Assembly: GCA_963813715.1 (NCBI GenBank)
Contig: CAWFAK010000005.1
Coordinates: forward strand, 416,001-480,000
DNA length: 64,000 nucleotides
Direction: 5' to 3'
Source of the DNA: an uncultured Planctomycetaceae bacterium
GTDB lineage: Bacteria > Planctomycetota > Planctomycetia > Planctomycetales > Planctomycetaceae
Shown piece after piece: positions 11,409 to 22,929 of this stretch; position 1 is the first letter of the stretch, and each line of letters opens with the position of its first letter. The notes under the pieces were generated by a model. That model was given only the letters and a program-made list of their open reading frames with translations, ran no database searches and was not told the DNA's origin. Made by a program: the position numbers and the translations under genes.

Positions 11409-13640
11409 TCAAAACAGTCGGGCGACCTGGTAGGTGATCAGCGCGCCCACGTACGCCAGACTCGTCATGTAGACAAAAGTGAAGACCGGCCAGATCCAGC
11501 GGTTGGTCTCCCGTTTGATCGTCATCAAGGTGCCGGCGCACTCGAGCGCAGAGCGCGAAAAAGACCATGATCGAAAGGGCCACGGGCAGGCTGTAGACCT
11601 TGCGGCCTTCGGAGTCGGTGGCGTTTTGCAGCGACGTGATCAACCCCTGGTTGTTGTCCTTGTCGACCTCGTTCCCCAGGCTATAGATCGTGCCGAGCGT
11701 CGCAATGATCACTTCGCGGGCCGGGAACGAGGCGATCGCGCCGACGCCGATCCGCCAATCCCAACCGAGCGGCCGCACGGCTGGTTCAATCGCGTGCCCC
11801 AGGTGCCCCAAAAAGCTCTTCTCGATCAATTGGCTGCCGAGCTTGTCGCGGCGTTCCCTCAGCTTGTCGAGTTCGGCCTGTTGCGCGGCGTCTCCCTGCG
11901 GCGACCGCGGGCATCGCCTCGATCTGCCGTATGATCGTGTCGCGTTCGCTGTGATTGGCGGGGAAATAACCGGCCGCCCAAACCACGATCGACGTGGCGA
12001 AGATCAGCGTGCCGGCCCGCGTCACGAAGGCCTTGCCCCGATCGTAGGCCCGGTGCAACACCACTCGCGGGGATGGCAACTTGTACGACGGCAGCTCCAT
12101 CACGAAGGGGGGCGTCTCGCCGCGGAAGAATGTCTTCTTGAGCAGCCACGCGCAGGGAACGGCGACGATCGCTCCCAACGAGGACATCGCGAACAGCACG
12201 AGCCCTTGCAGCGAGACCCAGCCGCCCAGATAGGTCACCGCGGGCACAAAGGCCCAGATCAACAGCAGATACACCGGCAAGCGGGCGGAGCAACTCATCA
12301 ATGGGGCAATCAGAATCGTCACCATCCGGTCGCGGCGATTTTCGATCACGCGGGTCGCCATCACGCCGGGAATCGCGCAGCGCGAACGATGACATCAGCG
12401 GAATGAACGACTTGCCGCTCAGTCCCAGCCGGCTCATCAGGCGATCCATCAGGAAGGCCGCCCGGGCCATGTAGCCGCAGTCCTCGAGCACGGCGATGAA
12501 CAAGAACAGGAACACAATCTGGGGCAGGAAGACGAGCACGCCGCCGACGCCCGCCACCACGCCGTCGACCACCAGGCTGCGAAGCGCTCCCGGGCCGATC
12601 AGCGATTCGACGCCGCCTTTGATCAGCCCCTCGGTCCACTCGATCGAGCGCATGAACGGCTCGGCCCAGTAATAGATCGACTGGAAGACGACGAACATGA
12701 TGCCCGCGAAGACCAAAAGTCCCGACACGCGATGCGTCAGCACGCGATCGATGCGGTCGCTGGTGGTCGTGGCCGGCTGGGCCGCATGCGTCAGCACGCC
12801 GGACACGACCTCGCGGATGGCCGCGTAGCGCGTTCTCGCTTCGGCAGCCGGCAGGCGAAAGCCGTCTTTTGCCAGCCGATCGCGGATTTGAGCGACCCGC
12901 TCTGTGAAGCCGGCCGGCTGCGTCGGCGTGAGCCACTTCTCGATCTGGCCGTTCGGATCGAGCAGCAGCCGCTCCACCAGGTAACGGGGCAACGCCTCGC
13001 CGTTCACTGGACGAAGATCGCGGGCCACTTCGTCGACGGCTGCGTAAAACGCTGCCGGAAAGACGGGCTTGGGCGCCGGGCGTTTCGATTCGGCCGCGTC
13101 CAGCAAGGCTTGCCGCACCGCTTCGATGCCGACCCGCCGATGGGCCTCCGTCGTGACGATGGGAATCCCCAACCGCTGGGAGAGGGCCGGCACGTCGATT
13201 GAGGTGCCCCGCTGTCGTGCCACGTCCGACATGTTGAGGATCAGCACAGTCGGCAGCCCGACGTCGAGCACCTGGCTGACAAGAAACAGATTGCGTTCGA
13301 GGTTCGAGGCGTCGACGATGCAGGCCACCGCGTCGAGCCGGCCGACATCCGCCTGACGTCCCAAAAGCACTTCGACCGAAACCATCTCATCCAGCGAGCG
13401 CGGGGCCAGGCTGTATGTGCCGGGCAGATCGACGACCTTGAGCGTCGTGTCGCCCACGCGCACGCGGCCGATTTTTTTCTCGACGGTGACCCCCGGATAG
13501 TTGCCCACGCGAGCGTGCATTCCGGCCAGTGCATTGAAGAGCGTGCTTTTGCCGGTGTTGGGGTTGCCGATGAAGGCCACGGTGAGCGTGCGCGGGGGAT
13601 GCGATGTCTGACCGGTCAGGCTCGGCGTGGTGGCGGTCAT
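11409..13640 (-). CDS. feoB: Ferrous iron transporter FeoB (about 3 frameshifts near 12380, 11900 and 11545)
   Basis: GNPNTGKST, VGNYPGVTVE, DLPGTYSL, LEDCGYMARAAF, MSCSARLPVY, PFVMELPSY, FPAREV. Confidence 0.95.
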
Positions 13641-13676
13641 GCTGTGTGGTTTTCGGGCACGGCGGGCGTCCTCGAT

Positions 13677-13910
13677 CTAAGTGCCGAGCCGCTCGACTTG
13701 CAGCCGGCGCGCCTCGTTGGCCCGCAGCGAGATGCGGTAACCGCGCACGCGAAACTCGATCGGGTCGCCAAACGGGGCGAAGCCGACGACTTCGATCTCC
13801 TCCCCCTCGGTCAGCCCCATTTCCAGCAAGCGCACGGCCACGCCGTCGTCGCCGTGAATTTCGCGAATGACGGCTCGCGATCCGGCCTTCAATTGATCGA
13901 GGGTTTCCAT
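13677..13910 (-). CDS. feoA: FeoA family protein
   Basis: RLLEMGLTEG, APFGDPIE..VRGY.ISLR..EA. Confidence 0.92.
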   Translation of the reverse strand: METLDQLKAGSRAVIREIHGDDGVAVRLLEMGLTEGEEIEVVGFAPFGDPIEFRVRGYRISLRANEARRLQVERLGT

Positions 13911-13968
13911 AGAAACACCGGCATGATCATGAAGGGCCAGCAGGGCGGGAGCTCGTCGAAATCGGGAC

Positions 13969-14253
13969 TTAGTGCCGCGCGGCCGCCGGCTTGCCCACCT
14001 GGACGAGGATCAAGGCCGCGTCGGAGCCGCGAAACCCGAACCGATGGTTTCCGACCGCCACGATGCAGTCACCGCCGGAGCGGACCATTCGCACGGGACG
14101 GCCCGGACGCAGACCCATTTCTCCCAGGCGATGCACGTGCTCCGGCTGTCCATCGACTTCCACGATCGTCCCCGAATCCCCGGGTGCAAGGTGGTCCAGC
14201 GGCATGACTTGGCAGACGGCTGTATCAGCAGGCGACATCGGGGAGCGCTTCAT
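13969..14253 (-). CDS. feoA: FeoA family protein (second copy)
   Basis: MPLDHLAPG...HRLGEMGLRPG; upstream of feoA-feoB. Confidence 0.85.
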   Translation of the reverse strand: MKRSPMSPADTAVCQVMPLDHLAPGDSGTIVEVDGQPEHVHRLGEMGLRPGRPVRMVRSGGDCIVAVGNHRFGFRGSDAALILVQVGKPAAARH

Positions 14254-14284
14254 GTCAGGGCCTAAAACGCGCGGTCCGTTGAAT

Positions 14285-14299
14285 TGAGACTGAGTCTCA
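14285..14299. promoter_or_regulatory. 7-1-7 inverted-repeat operator, putative Fur-family iron box
   Basis: TGAGACT-G-AGTCTCA perfect inverted repeat about 30 bp upstream of feoA. Confidence 0.7.
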
Positions 14300-14481
14300 G
14301 GTCCAACTTCACTCCTATAATACACCTTCGGCACGCTGACGGCAACAGTCGTTATCAAAGGTTCGTCCGAGCAGAGCAATTAAGACGTATCCTATGACGA
14401 TGTCGCGACTTGACGCTGTTTTCGGACCCTCCTATACTCGCGCCGAAGTTCCCATGCGCCCTTCCGAATGAGCCGTTTCGA

Positions 14482-15370
14482 ATGAAAAGTGAACATCGCC
14501 ACGAGCTGAAAACCAACGAGCTGGAGCGGATTGCTTCCGAGTTGGGCCACACCGCCGAGCACTACGTCCACGACAATTGGATGCTACTCGCGGCGGCCGT
14601 CGTTGCGATTCTGATCGGCGCAGGTGGCGTGGTGTACTGGCGCAGCTCGTCTGGTTCGGCAGGCCAGCAAGGTTGGCGAGAGTTTGCCAGCGCGTCGAAG
14701 GCGGCCGACTACGGCAACGTCGCCGACAAATACTCAGGCAGCGTCGCCGCGGCATGGTCCCGGCTTCTCGAAGGCGAAATGGAGCTCAACAGCGGCATTC
14801 GCTCGAGCTTCACCGATCGATCGGCCGGACGTTCCGACCTGCAGAAAGCCCAGGAGAATTTCGAGAAACTGATCGCCGACAAAGCCACGCCGAGCGACGT
14901 CATCGAGCGCGCCCTGTTCGGGCTGGCTCGGGCGAAAGAGGCGTTGCCGCCGAAAGATCTCAGTCCGTCGAAAATCAACGACGGGGCGATCGAGACCTAT
15001 CAGCGTCTCGTCACCGAGTTCCCGATCAGCGTCTATAAGGACTATGCCGAGGCGCGAATCGCCGCCCTCAAGACGGGCACCGCCCAGGATTTCTACGCCT
15101 GGTTCGAGCAACAAAATCCCAAGCCGGCCGACCGCGAGATGCCCAAGGATTCTGATCCCGCCATCGCCTGACGAAACGAAGACGGCCACCGGCACGCCGA
15201 TCAAGACCGTGCCGCCTCCCGCCACGAGCAAGCCCGCGTCCGGCAAAGCCACCGAAACGAAACCAGCCGCGGGCAGCCCGGCCAAGTCCACTGTGCCCGC
15301 GCCCGCGAGCAAATCGCCGGCGACCGAAGAGGGCCCGGCGATGCCGGCTCCCGCGTCTCCAACCAAGTGA
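14482..15370 (+). CDS. Membrane-anchored TPR-like (YfgM-like) protein; the Pro/Ala/Lys-rich tail (to 15370) is probably joined by a frameshift near 15150
   Basis: MKSEHRHELKTNEL N-terminus, one TM helix, RALFGLARAKE and YQRLVTEFP TPR-like helices. Confidence 0.7.
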
Positions 15371-15446
15371 GGCCGGCACGCCGTCTGGAGTGACGGGGCC
15401 CAGAGCGCTGGGCCCGAAGTGACCAGGCCGGAATGACCAGTCCGGA

Positions 15447-16502
15447 ATGAGTGACGGCCTTTCCTCCGACCAGCCGATCCTGATCACGGTGGAGGCCCGC
15501 GCTCAAGGCTGGCGCGTCGATCACTATCTCAGCCGGCTCTTCCCTAATTTCAGCCGCGCCCTGTTTCAAAGGGCCATCGAGCAGCAGACGATCCTCGTCA
15601 ACGGCATACCTGCCAAGCCGTCGCGCAAGCTGCGGATGAACGATCGACTCTCGGTTCGCCTGCCCCAGCTGCCGGACCGCACGCTGCCTCCCGAAGACAT
15701 TCCGCTCAACATCATTTACGAGGACGACTACCTGATCGTCCTCAACAAACAGGCCGGACTGATCGTCCATCCGGGTAAGGGGAACTATCGCGGAACGTTG
15801 GCCGGCGCCCTGCAATTTCATTTCAACCGGCTGAGCGACGTGGCCGGCCAGCTCCGGCCGGGAATCGTCCATCGACTCGATCGCGATACGAGCGGCGTGC
15901 TGGTGATCGCCAAAGACAACCAGGTCCATCACCGCTTAAGCGGCCAGTTCGAGCGCCGCGAAGTGACCAAAGAGTATCTGGCAATCGCCCGCGGCACGCT
16001 TGATCTCGACGAAGACGAAATCGCCACGCACGTCTGCATCAATCCCCGGCACCGTGAAAAGATGATGGTCTGTGAGCCGCAAGGCAACTCGCGGCCGGCG
16101 GTGACACGTTATGCGGTCGCCAATCGCTACACCGGTTTCACGGTGGTGCGGCTCTTTCCCAAAACGGGTCGCACGCATCAGCTGCGCGTGCACTTGCAAC
16201 ACCTGGGCCATCCGATCGTCGCGGATCGTCTGTATGGCGGCGGTGCTCGGCTGTCGTTGGCGGATCTGAATCCTTCCGCAAAGCATGCCGACGAACAGAG
16301 CGAGCCTACGGAAGAGGCCGAGACGGACGCCGATGCGTCGCCCGATCTAATCGCCCGCCAGGCTTTGCACGCCCGTCGGCTCGCCTTTCGCCATCCCCAC
16401 AGTGGCAAGGAACTGGAATTTGAGGCACCATTACCCGACGACATCACGCGGACCCTCGCAGCCCTCGCCCGCCACTGTCCCCTGCCGGATAGGAAATCAT
16501 GA
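15447..16502 (+). CDS. rluD: RluA/RluD family pseudouridine synthase
   Basis: S4-like N-terminus, LNKQAGLIVHP, HRLDRDTSG, TGRTHQLRVH, QALHA. Confidence 0.88.
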   Translation: MSDGLSSDQPILITVEARAQGWRVDHYLSRLFPNFSRALFQRAIEQQTILVNGIPAKPSRKLRMNDRLSVRLPQLPDRTLPPEDIPLNIIYEDDYLIVLNKQAGLIVHPGKGNYRGTLAGALQFHFNRLSDVAGQLRPGIVHRLDRDTSGVLVIAKDNQVHHRLSGQFERREVTKEYLAIARGTLDLDEDEIATHVCINPRHREKMMVCEPQGNSRPAVTRYAVANRYTGFTVVRLFPKTGRTHQLRVHLQHLGHPIVADRLYGGGARLSLADLNPSAKHADEQSEPTEEAETDADASPDLIARQALHARRLAFRHPHSGKELEFEAPLPDDITRTLAALARHCPLPDRKS

Positions 16503-17380
16503 AGCTCGCTAAGATCCGACTGACCGATGGGACACCGCAATTGGCGGCCGTCGAGGACAATGACCGCCGGCTGCGTCTGCTCGATCTGGCCCAAGTCGAA
16601 AAGATCAAAAGCCTGGCGGACATCCTGCACTCGCCCGATCCACTGGGGCTGGCGCGATTTCTCATCGATCCGAAGTCGCCGCCGATCGACGTCGACAAAG
16701 CGGCCCTGCTGGCACCCATCGACGATCAGGAAGTGTGGGCGGCCGGCGTGACCTACAAGCGCAGCCAGGTCGCCCGCATGGACGAATCGGCGTCCGGCGC
16801 AGTCCACTACGACAAGGTTTACACGGCCGACCGTCCGGAGTTGTTCTTCAAGGCGACCGCGAACCGCGTCTCGGGACCGGGTGAGCCGGTGCGCGTGCGG
16901 TTCGATAGCCGCTGGACTGTCCCCGAGCCCGAATGGACGCTCGTCGTCTCCGACAAAGCGAAGCTGGTTGGCTTCACGCTCGGCAACGACATGTCGGCCC
17001 GGGACATCGAAGGTGAAAACCCGCTCTATTTGCCGCAGGCCAAGCTTTATCTGCAGTCGTGTGCCCTCGGCCCGTGGGTTTTCCTGCCGGAGACGCCGCT
17101 CGATCGCGAGAAGACCAAGATCGGCGTGACGATCGTCCGCAAAGGGAAAACGGTCTTCGAGGGAGCGACCGATCTCGGCCAGATGGTGCGTTCGTTCGAG
17201 GAACTCATCGGCTGGCTGGCCCGCGAGAACAGCTTTCCCAATGGCGCGTTTTTATTGACCGGCACGGGCGTCGTGCCTCCGGACGATTTCGGACTCGAAG
17301 ACGGTGACAAGGTGTCGATTGCAGCCCCAATCATCGGCACACTGACGAACCCCGTCGTCAAAGAATCGCGCACGAAATAA
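16499..17380 (+). CDS. Fumarylacetoacetate hydrolase family protein
   Basis: EVWAAGVTY, RPELFFK, VPEPE, GNDMSARDIEGENPLYLPQAK, LLTGTG. Confidence 0.9.
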   Translation: MKLAKIRLTDGTPQLAAVEDNDRRLRLLDLAQVEKIKSLADILHSPDPLGLARFLIDPKSPPIDVDKAALLAPIDDQEVWAAGVTYKRSQVARMDESASGAVHYDKVYTADRPELFFKATANRVSGPGEPVRVRFDSRWTVPEPEWTLVVSDKAKLVGFTLGNDMSARDIEGENPLYLPQAKLYLQSCALGPWVFLPETPLDREKTKIGVTIVRKGKTVFEGATDLGQMVRSFEELIGWLARENSFPNGAFLLTGTGVVPPDDFGLEDGDKVSIAAPIIGTLTNPVVKESRTK

Positions 17381-17411
17381 GCGGTGCTCAGCAGCAATGA
17401 TTGAGAGCTGG

Positions 17412-19056
17412 TCAACCGGGGTTCGACGAACCCTTGCCGGCGAGGCTGGAATTCGCGCCCCGCTCTTTTGGCGCTACGCTGGAAGTTGAAGACCTCGGCG
17501 CCATCGCTCCCTGTGAATTTCGTTTCAGCATCTCCTCGATCCGCTCCAAGATGTCCTTGCCGCTGACCTTCGCGAGCGGATGGCCGTGCCAGAGAATGCG
17601 GCCGTCTGCGCCAATAAGGAACGTCTTCGGAGCGAAGTCGAGACCAAAGGCCACAGCGGGCGCCGTGTCGAGAGGATAGGACTTCCAGGGTCCGGCCCAA
17701 TAGTGTTCCAGGTGCTTCCAGCCGCGCTCCTTCAAGTGCCGCGCAACGCTGTCGGGCTCTTCGTCGATGCTGATTGGCACGACGGTGACACGGTCGTTCC
17801 AATGGTCGCGATTCTGCGCTGGCACGATCGAGCTTCTCAATTGTCTCCTGACAGTACGGACACCAACTGAGCCAGAAGTCGAGACAGACGAGTTCCCCAC
17901 GCAGGTTGCTGAGCTTTGTATGCTTGCCGGTGGTCACGCTCACCAGGTCGATGTCGGGCGCCATGTCCCCCACTTCCGGAGGCAGCAGGAACGTGAACGT
18001 TTCGGGGGCCGAACGGGTCTGGAATTGGAAGGTTCCAAGATCGCGCGGGTGCTCTCCGATCTTGACCGTGTAACCTCGGTGGAACCAAAGGCATTGCGAG
18101 ACACGGTCCGTGATTCCCTTGAGAACAATTTCCCCCGATTCGGGGACTGGGGCGGCAAAGACGGGAATCGTGCCGTAGTGGCCGTCACGATAGCCGATCG
18201 AAACTTTGACGCCCTTCGCGGGCTGGCCGTCGCGCTTGCGCAGACGCACGACGGCCGTGCGCTGCCCGCGAAAAGCCTGTGGATCGGGGGGCGCGTAGTG
18301 AAAATCGATCCGACGCGTCTGGTCGGGGGCCAGATGGAGTTCCACGTTTTCGTGGTACCAGCCCGGATTGACTGGTTGCTCTACCGTCCCCGAAATGGTT
18401 TTGACTTCCGCCTTGGGGTGCGTAGAGGCCGTGATCCAGTAATGGCCCGCGTCCAGATCGGCAATTCGCAGTGGAGCCCCCAGTGGCAGGTCCATGCGAT
18501 AGGCGGCCCATAAATACTTGTTCCGTGTTGTCATTCGCATGACCGTCAACATCTGGCGGTCAAATGGCAGGTTCTTCCCGCTGGTCTTTCCCGCATCGAA
18601 GCGAATTTCGAGAAGTCCCGGCTTCTCGAGCGCGATTTCAAGTGGGCCCTCCTTGACCTCCGACCACTTGAATGGTCCGCGCTCGAAAAACCGCAGGAAA
18701 CCCGGTGCGAAGACGGCCACGTAGAACGGCTGTCCGGGAGTGGAAAGCCGCGCGGCAAACTCCGCCGGCCCGATCGAGCGAACACCGGCCGAGTACACGT
18801 CGGGCTCGCCGTCGTGACGGTTCATCGGTTGCCACGACAACTGCGCTTTGTCGCGTAAGTCTTCCCCATAAACCTCTGGCACGACGCCGGCCGGCCAGAT
18901 CATCCCAGCGGGCAGGCGAAAACGCAGCCTCAACTCGCCCGCTTGAACTGGCTCGCCTCGCACAGCAACGGCTCGACCTCCATCAGGTGGGGCCGTGCGA
19001 CTCGCCGAGTGGCAAACCGCCATGATCAAACCGAGGGCGACAGCGAATCGTCGCAT
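17412..19056 (-). CDS. Exported protein with C-terminal TlpA-like redoxin domain (frameshift near 17820)
   Basis: Signal peptide; GDMAPDI, LDFWLSWCPYC (CxxC); ISID and PKTFLIGADGRI in the next frame. Confidence 0.75.
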
Positions 19057-19208
19057 GAGGACCTCCTTGTCTCACCACGCTGGGGGGGCGTGCCAAAGTT
19101 CGCGGCACGATGCCTCGCTTGTTTACCCGGCCGGCGGGGTTCTACCATCGCAGGAAATTGCTGTCTATCCATCGACCCTGCCCGGCACCTTCTCTGCGAG
19201 GTTCTCCC

Positions 19209-20491
19209 GTGACGCATGAACCCGACTTTTCGCGTCGACAATTTGTTCGGACTTCCGTGGCGGCGGCCGGAGCCGTGACGATGGCCAGTCTGGCGCCGGC
19301 GGCGGCAATCGGCGCCAATGATCGCATTCGCATGGGAGTGATCGGCGTTGGCGGGCAGGGGACCGGTCACGTTGCCGGGCTGGTGAAGCGGGCCAAGGCC
19401 GACAACGTCGAGGTCGTCGCCGTCTGCGACGTTTATCGGCGGCGAATCACGCGGGCCCAGTCGATCTCGAAGGCGGAAGGTTACAGCGACTATCGCAAAG
19501 TCCTCGAGCGTCCCGATATCGACGCCGTGCTGATCGCCACGCCCGACCACTGGCACGCCAAGATTGCCGGCGATGCGCTCGAAGCGGGCAAGCATGTTTA
19601 TTGCGAAAAGCCGATGACGCACACGGTCGAGCAGGCGATCGAGCTGCGCGACAAGGTCCGCCGTCACAAAAAGGTGCTGCAGGTCGGCCCCAACGCCACC
19701 GCCAACGACGGCTATTGGCAGGCCCAGCGGGCGATCCGCGACGGCCGCATCGGCAAGGTGACCTGGCGCAGGGCTGCTACAACCGCAACGAGCGCGTCTG
19801 CCTTTTCAACGTTCATCAAAAGATCGATCCGACCGCCGGCCCCGACAAGTCGGGCGAGGATCACATCGATTGGGACATGTGGCTCGGTTACAAATGGGAT
19901 CTCGCCCCCCAGATCGCTTGGAACCCCGAGCACTTCTTCCGCTTCCGCAAGTACTGGCCCTATAACGGCGGTGTCGCCACCGACCTCTTGTATCACAAGC
20001 TCGCTCCGCTGCTGCTCGCGATCGCCGGCCCGGACGGCGAATATCCGTCGCGCGTCAACGCGTGCGGCGGGCTCTACATCGAGAAGGACGGCCGCGACAT
20101 CCCCGACACCTTCTTGATGACGGCCGACTATCCGAGCGAGTTCTCAATTTTCCTCGTCAGCACGCTGACCAACGACGCCGGCATTCCCGACCGAGTCTAC
20201 GGCAAATGGGGCACGATGGAACTCGGCGGCGAGCCCGCGTTGAAGGTGAACGGCCCCTTCACGCCGGAGTTCAAAGCCAAGAACGACGGCAAAGCCGAGG
20301 TCCACCTGCCACTCGAGCCGCGCCGCGATCTGGTCGGCAATTTCCTCGACGTAATCCGCGGCAACGGCAAGCTCTGCTGCAACGCCGAACTGGGAGCGGC
20401 GACGATGGTGGCCATCAAGCTGGCCGTCGAATCGTACCGGCAGAAGAAGACGATGCTCTGGGACGCGAAGGCCGAGCGGGTCCTAGCGTAG
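19209..20491 (+). CDS. Tat-exported Gfo/Idh/MocA oxidoreductase (frameshift near 19765)
   Basis: SRRQFV Tat motif, IGVGGQG, IATPDHWH, KHVYCEKP, IDWDMWLG. Confidence 0.9.
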
Positions 20492-20550
20492 GCGTGGGAC
20501 CAGTCCGCCGAACGGGAACCGACCGGTTGCGCTTTAAGAGTTGCTCTCCG

Positions 20551-21651
20551 TCATTTCGGTGCCGCTCTCGCGCGTCGCGTTCCTGACGGGGCCCGCAGGC
20601 CCGCCAGTTCCTTGTACTCGGCCGTGATCGCGCGTTGGGATCCGTCCGGTTCGACGACGTAGTTACGAATGCCGTCAGGCGTGTTCATACCTCGTTGATC
20701 CTGCACGGCGGTGCCGGGTGGAAACTGCTGAGAAAAGACGAAGGGATCGATCTTCTCGTTGATGGCGTAGCTGATCACCCGGCACTCCTGGTGAAAGTCT
20801 TTCGCTTCGGAAGTCCACTCCGAGGGGACCCAGCCGAATTTGGGGTCCTTTTTGTATCGGATCGCGCCTTCCCGGTGCAAAATCGGCCCTTCGACTGTCC
20901 AGTGTGCGACGACGTCGTCGCGGACCGGACTGACCCATAAGCTTTCGATGCGCTTCCTCCTCGCGCACCGTTACCGCTCTTCTGCACGATGACCCTCTGA
21001 ATTTTGACGCAACGACCGTTGTCCATGCTCGCATTCTCGTCGACGAGGCGGCACTGATCTCGCAGCCAGGAGACGCCGGGGAATTGGGGGCGAAACGTCA
21101 GCCAGAGCCTGCAGTGTCGGGTCGGCCATCTGCTGCTCGACCCGCATCGTGCGATATAAGACACCGTACGCCTTCCGGGACTGCTCAGCCGGCGAGCCCG
21201 TTTCGTAACGCGAACCGGCCGAGTATTGCGAGCTCGTGTCGCCGTCGATGATCCATCGCCCGACCACCCGCCGAGCGTCGGCCGGCTTCGCCTGGGGAAC
21301 TTTGAAAATCGGCGTTTCGATCTTGCAAAAACGCTGGTCGCCCTCAAAAAAACCCTGCACGCCGAATTGCTCGAAGGCCTGATCATGTTCGAAACGCTGC
21401 AAAGGAACGGTGCCGCTTGTACGGTCGCGCGATCCTTTCGGGTACGTCGTGCGGCAGTCCCAGGTGATATGAACCGATCGGACCCGATCGCTCCGCGCCT
21501 TCCAGTTGGCGAAAATCCGATCGAGCACGGCCGTCTCGTGCGGCGACGGCGGCGGATCGGCGGCTCGCGCCAGCAGAGTGAAACGCGACGCCGACACGAA
21601 GAAAAACAACGTGGCGACCATGGCGGACCGCGGTCGGATTCGGCCAGGCAT
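20551..21651 (-). CDS. Hypothetical exported protein, paralog A (frameshifted)
   Basis: GGAG RBS and signal peptide; AVLDRIFANWKAR..WDCRTT shared with paralog B; C-terminus SYAINEKIDP..FSQQFPPGT in ORF 20551..20880. Confidence 0.65.
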
Positions 21652-21674
21652 GGCAACTCCCGGTCTCGGCATTG

Positions 21675-22792
21675 TCATTTCGCTTGGGCCTTCGCGGCGG
21701 CCTGCTTTATCCGGCGGGAAGGTGCTCCGATTAAGCGTCCGTACTCTTCGAGGGAAACCGTGCGCTTGGAGCCGTCTTTCTGGACAATGTAGTAACGAAC
21801 GTCCTTCGCCGAGCTGCCGTTCATTTGATCCGAGACCGGAGTACCGGCGGGAAACTCCTGGGAGAAGATCGTGGGATCGATGCTGTTGTTGATCGCGTAG
21901 CTGGTCACCCTAAACTCGAAGAGTTCCGCACCGACGTAGTCGCAACTCCACTCCCAGGGGATCCAACCGATCGTTTTGTCCTTTTTGTAGTTGATCGTCC
22001 CCAAGCAAGTGTGTAGCGACGGGCTTTCCGTTTTCCAGCGGACGACAAGATCGTCGCGAGCGGGACTGACCCAGACGGTCTCGACATAGCCCGCCTGCTG
22101 ACCACCGCCGAAAGGCCTCGGCTCGACCAAGCGCTGAAGCTGGACGTAATGTCCTTTATCGCGATCGACGGTTTCCTGGACGAAACGGCACTGTTCCCGG
22201 AGCCATGAGAGCGACGAGTACGCTGGCCGAAACGGGAGCAACACCGTTTGCCAGCCCCCGATCGGAAATGATCCGTCGGTGGGAGTTCGATAAAGTTGGC
22301 CACAGCGCGGAAAATCGCGGCCAGGTCCCGTCACATTCTCCCAGCCGGATCCCGAGTTAAGAACCGAAGTCACGTTGCCGACGACCACCCACCGTTCGAC
22401 CACCCGCCTCCGGTCTGTTGATTGAGTCAGCGGCGCCTTGAAAGTAGGAGTGTTGACAAGGCACATCCGATCGTCGCCTTCGACCCAGAGCTGGACGCCT
22501 GATTGCTCGAACACCGTGTCGCGGTCCAAGAGACTGCGAGGTCTGCCGGTGCTCGAGAAATCCTCGGTTCCTTTTTTGCACGTCGTTCGGCAATCCCACG
22601 TGAAGTGCAGCGTGTGCACGCGATCGTGCCGCGCCTTCCAGTTGGCGAAAATCCGATCCGGCACGGCCGCTTCGTGGGCCGCCTTGCGCCGGATCATCGG
22701 CTTGCGCCGGTCGTCGGAAATCTGTAGCGGCCGCAAGGACGAAGAATGCCATCGCGAACTCGGGCCAATCGTTGCAGGCAACCAAATGGCAT
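21675..22792 (-). CDS. Hypothetical exported protein, paralog B (5' end frameshifted)
   Basis: DRIFANWKARHDRVHTLHFTWDCRTT ... SYAINNSIDPTIFSQEFPAGT; GGAGG RBS before ATG 22792. Confidence 0.65.
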
Positions 22793-22929
22793 GGCGGCCT
22801 CCCGAACTGGGAGAATCGGGACAGCGGCGGCACTAGGCATTGAGCGTATCGCCCGCAACAAGCGAGAGCCACAACAAAAGCCGAATCACGGCTGAACTTC
22901 GTGCGGGGCTGTTAGCCGGCTATTTGAGG

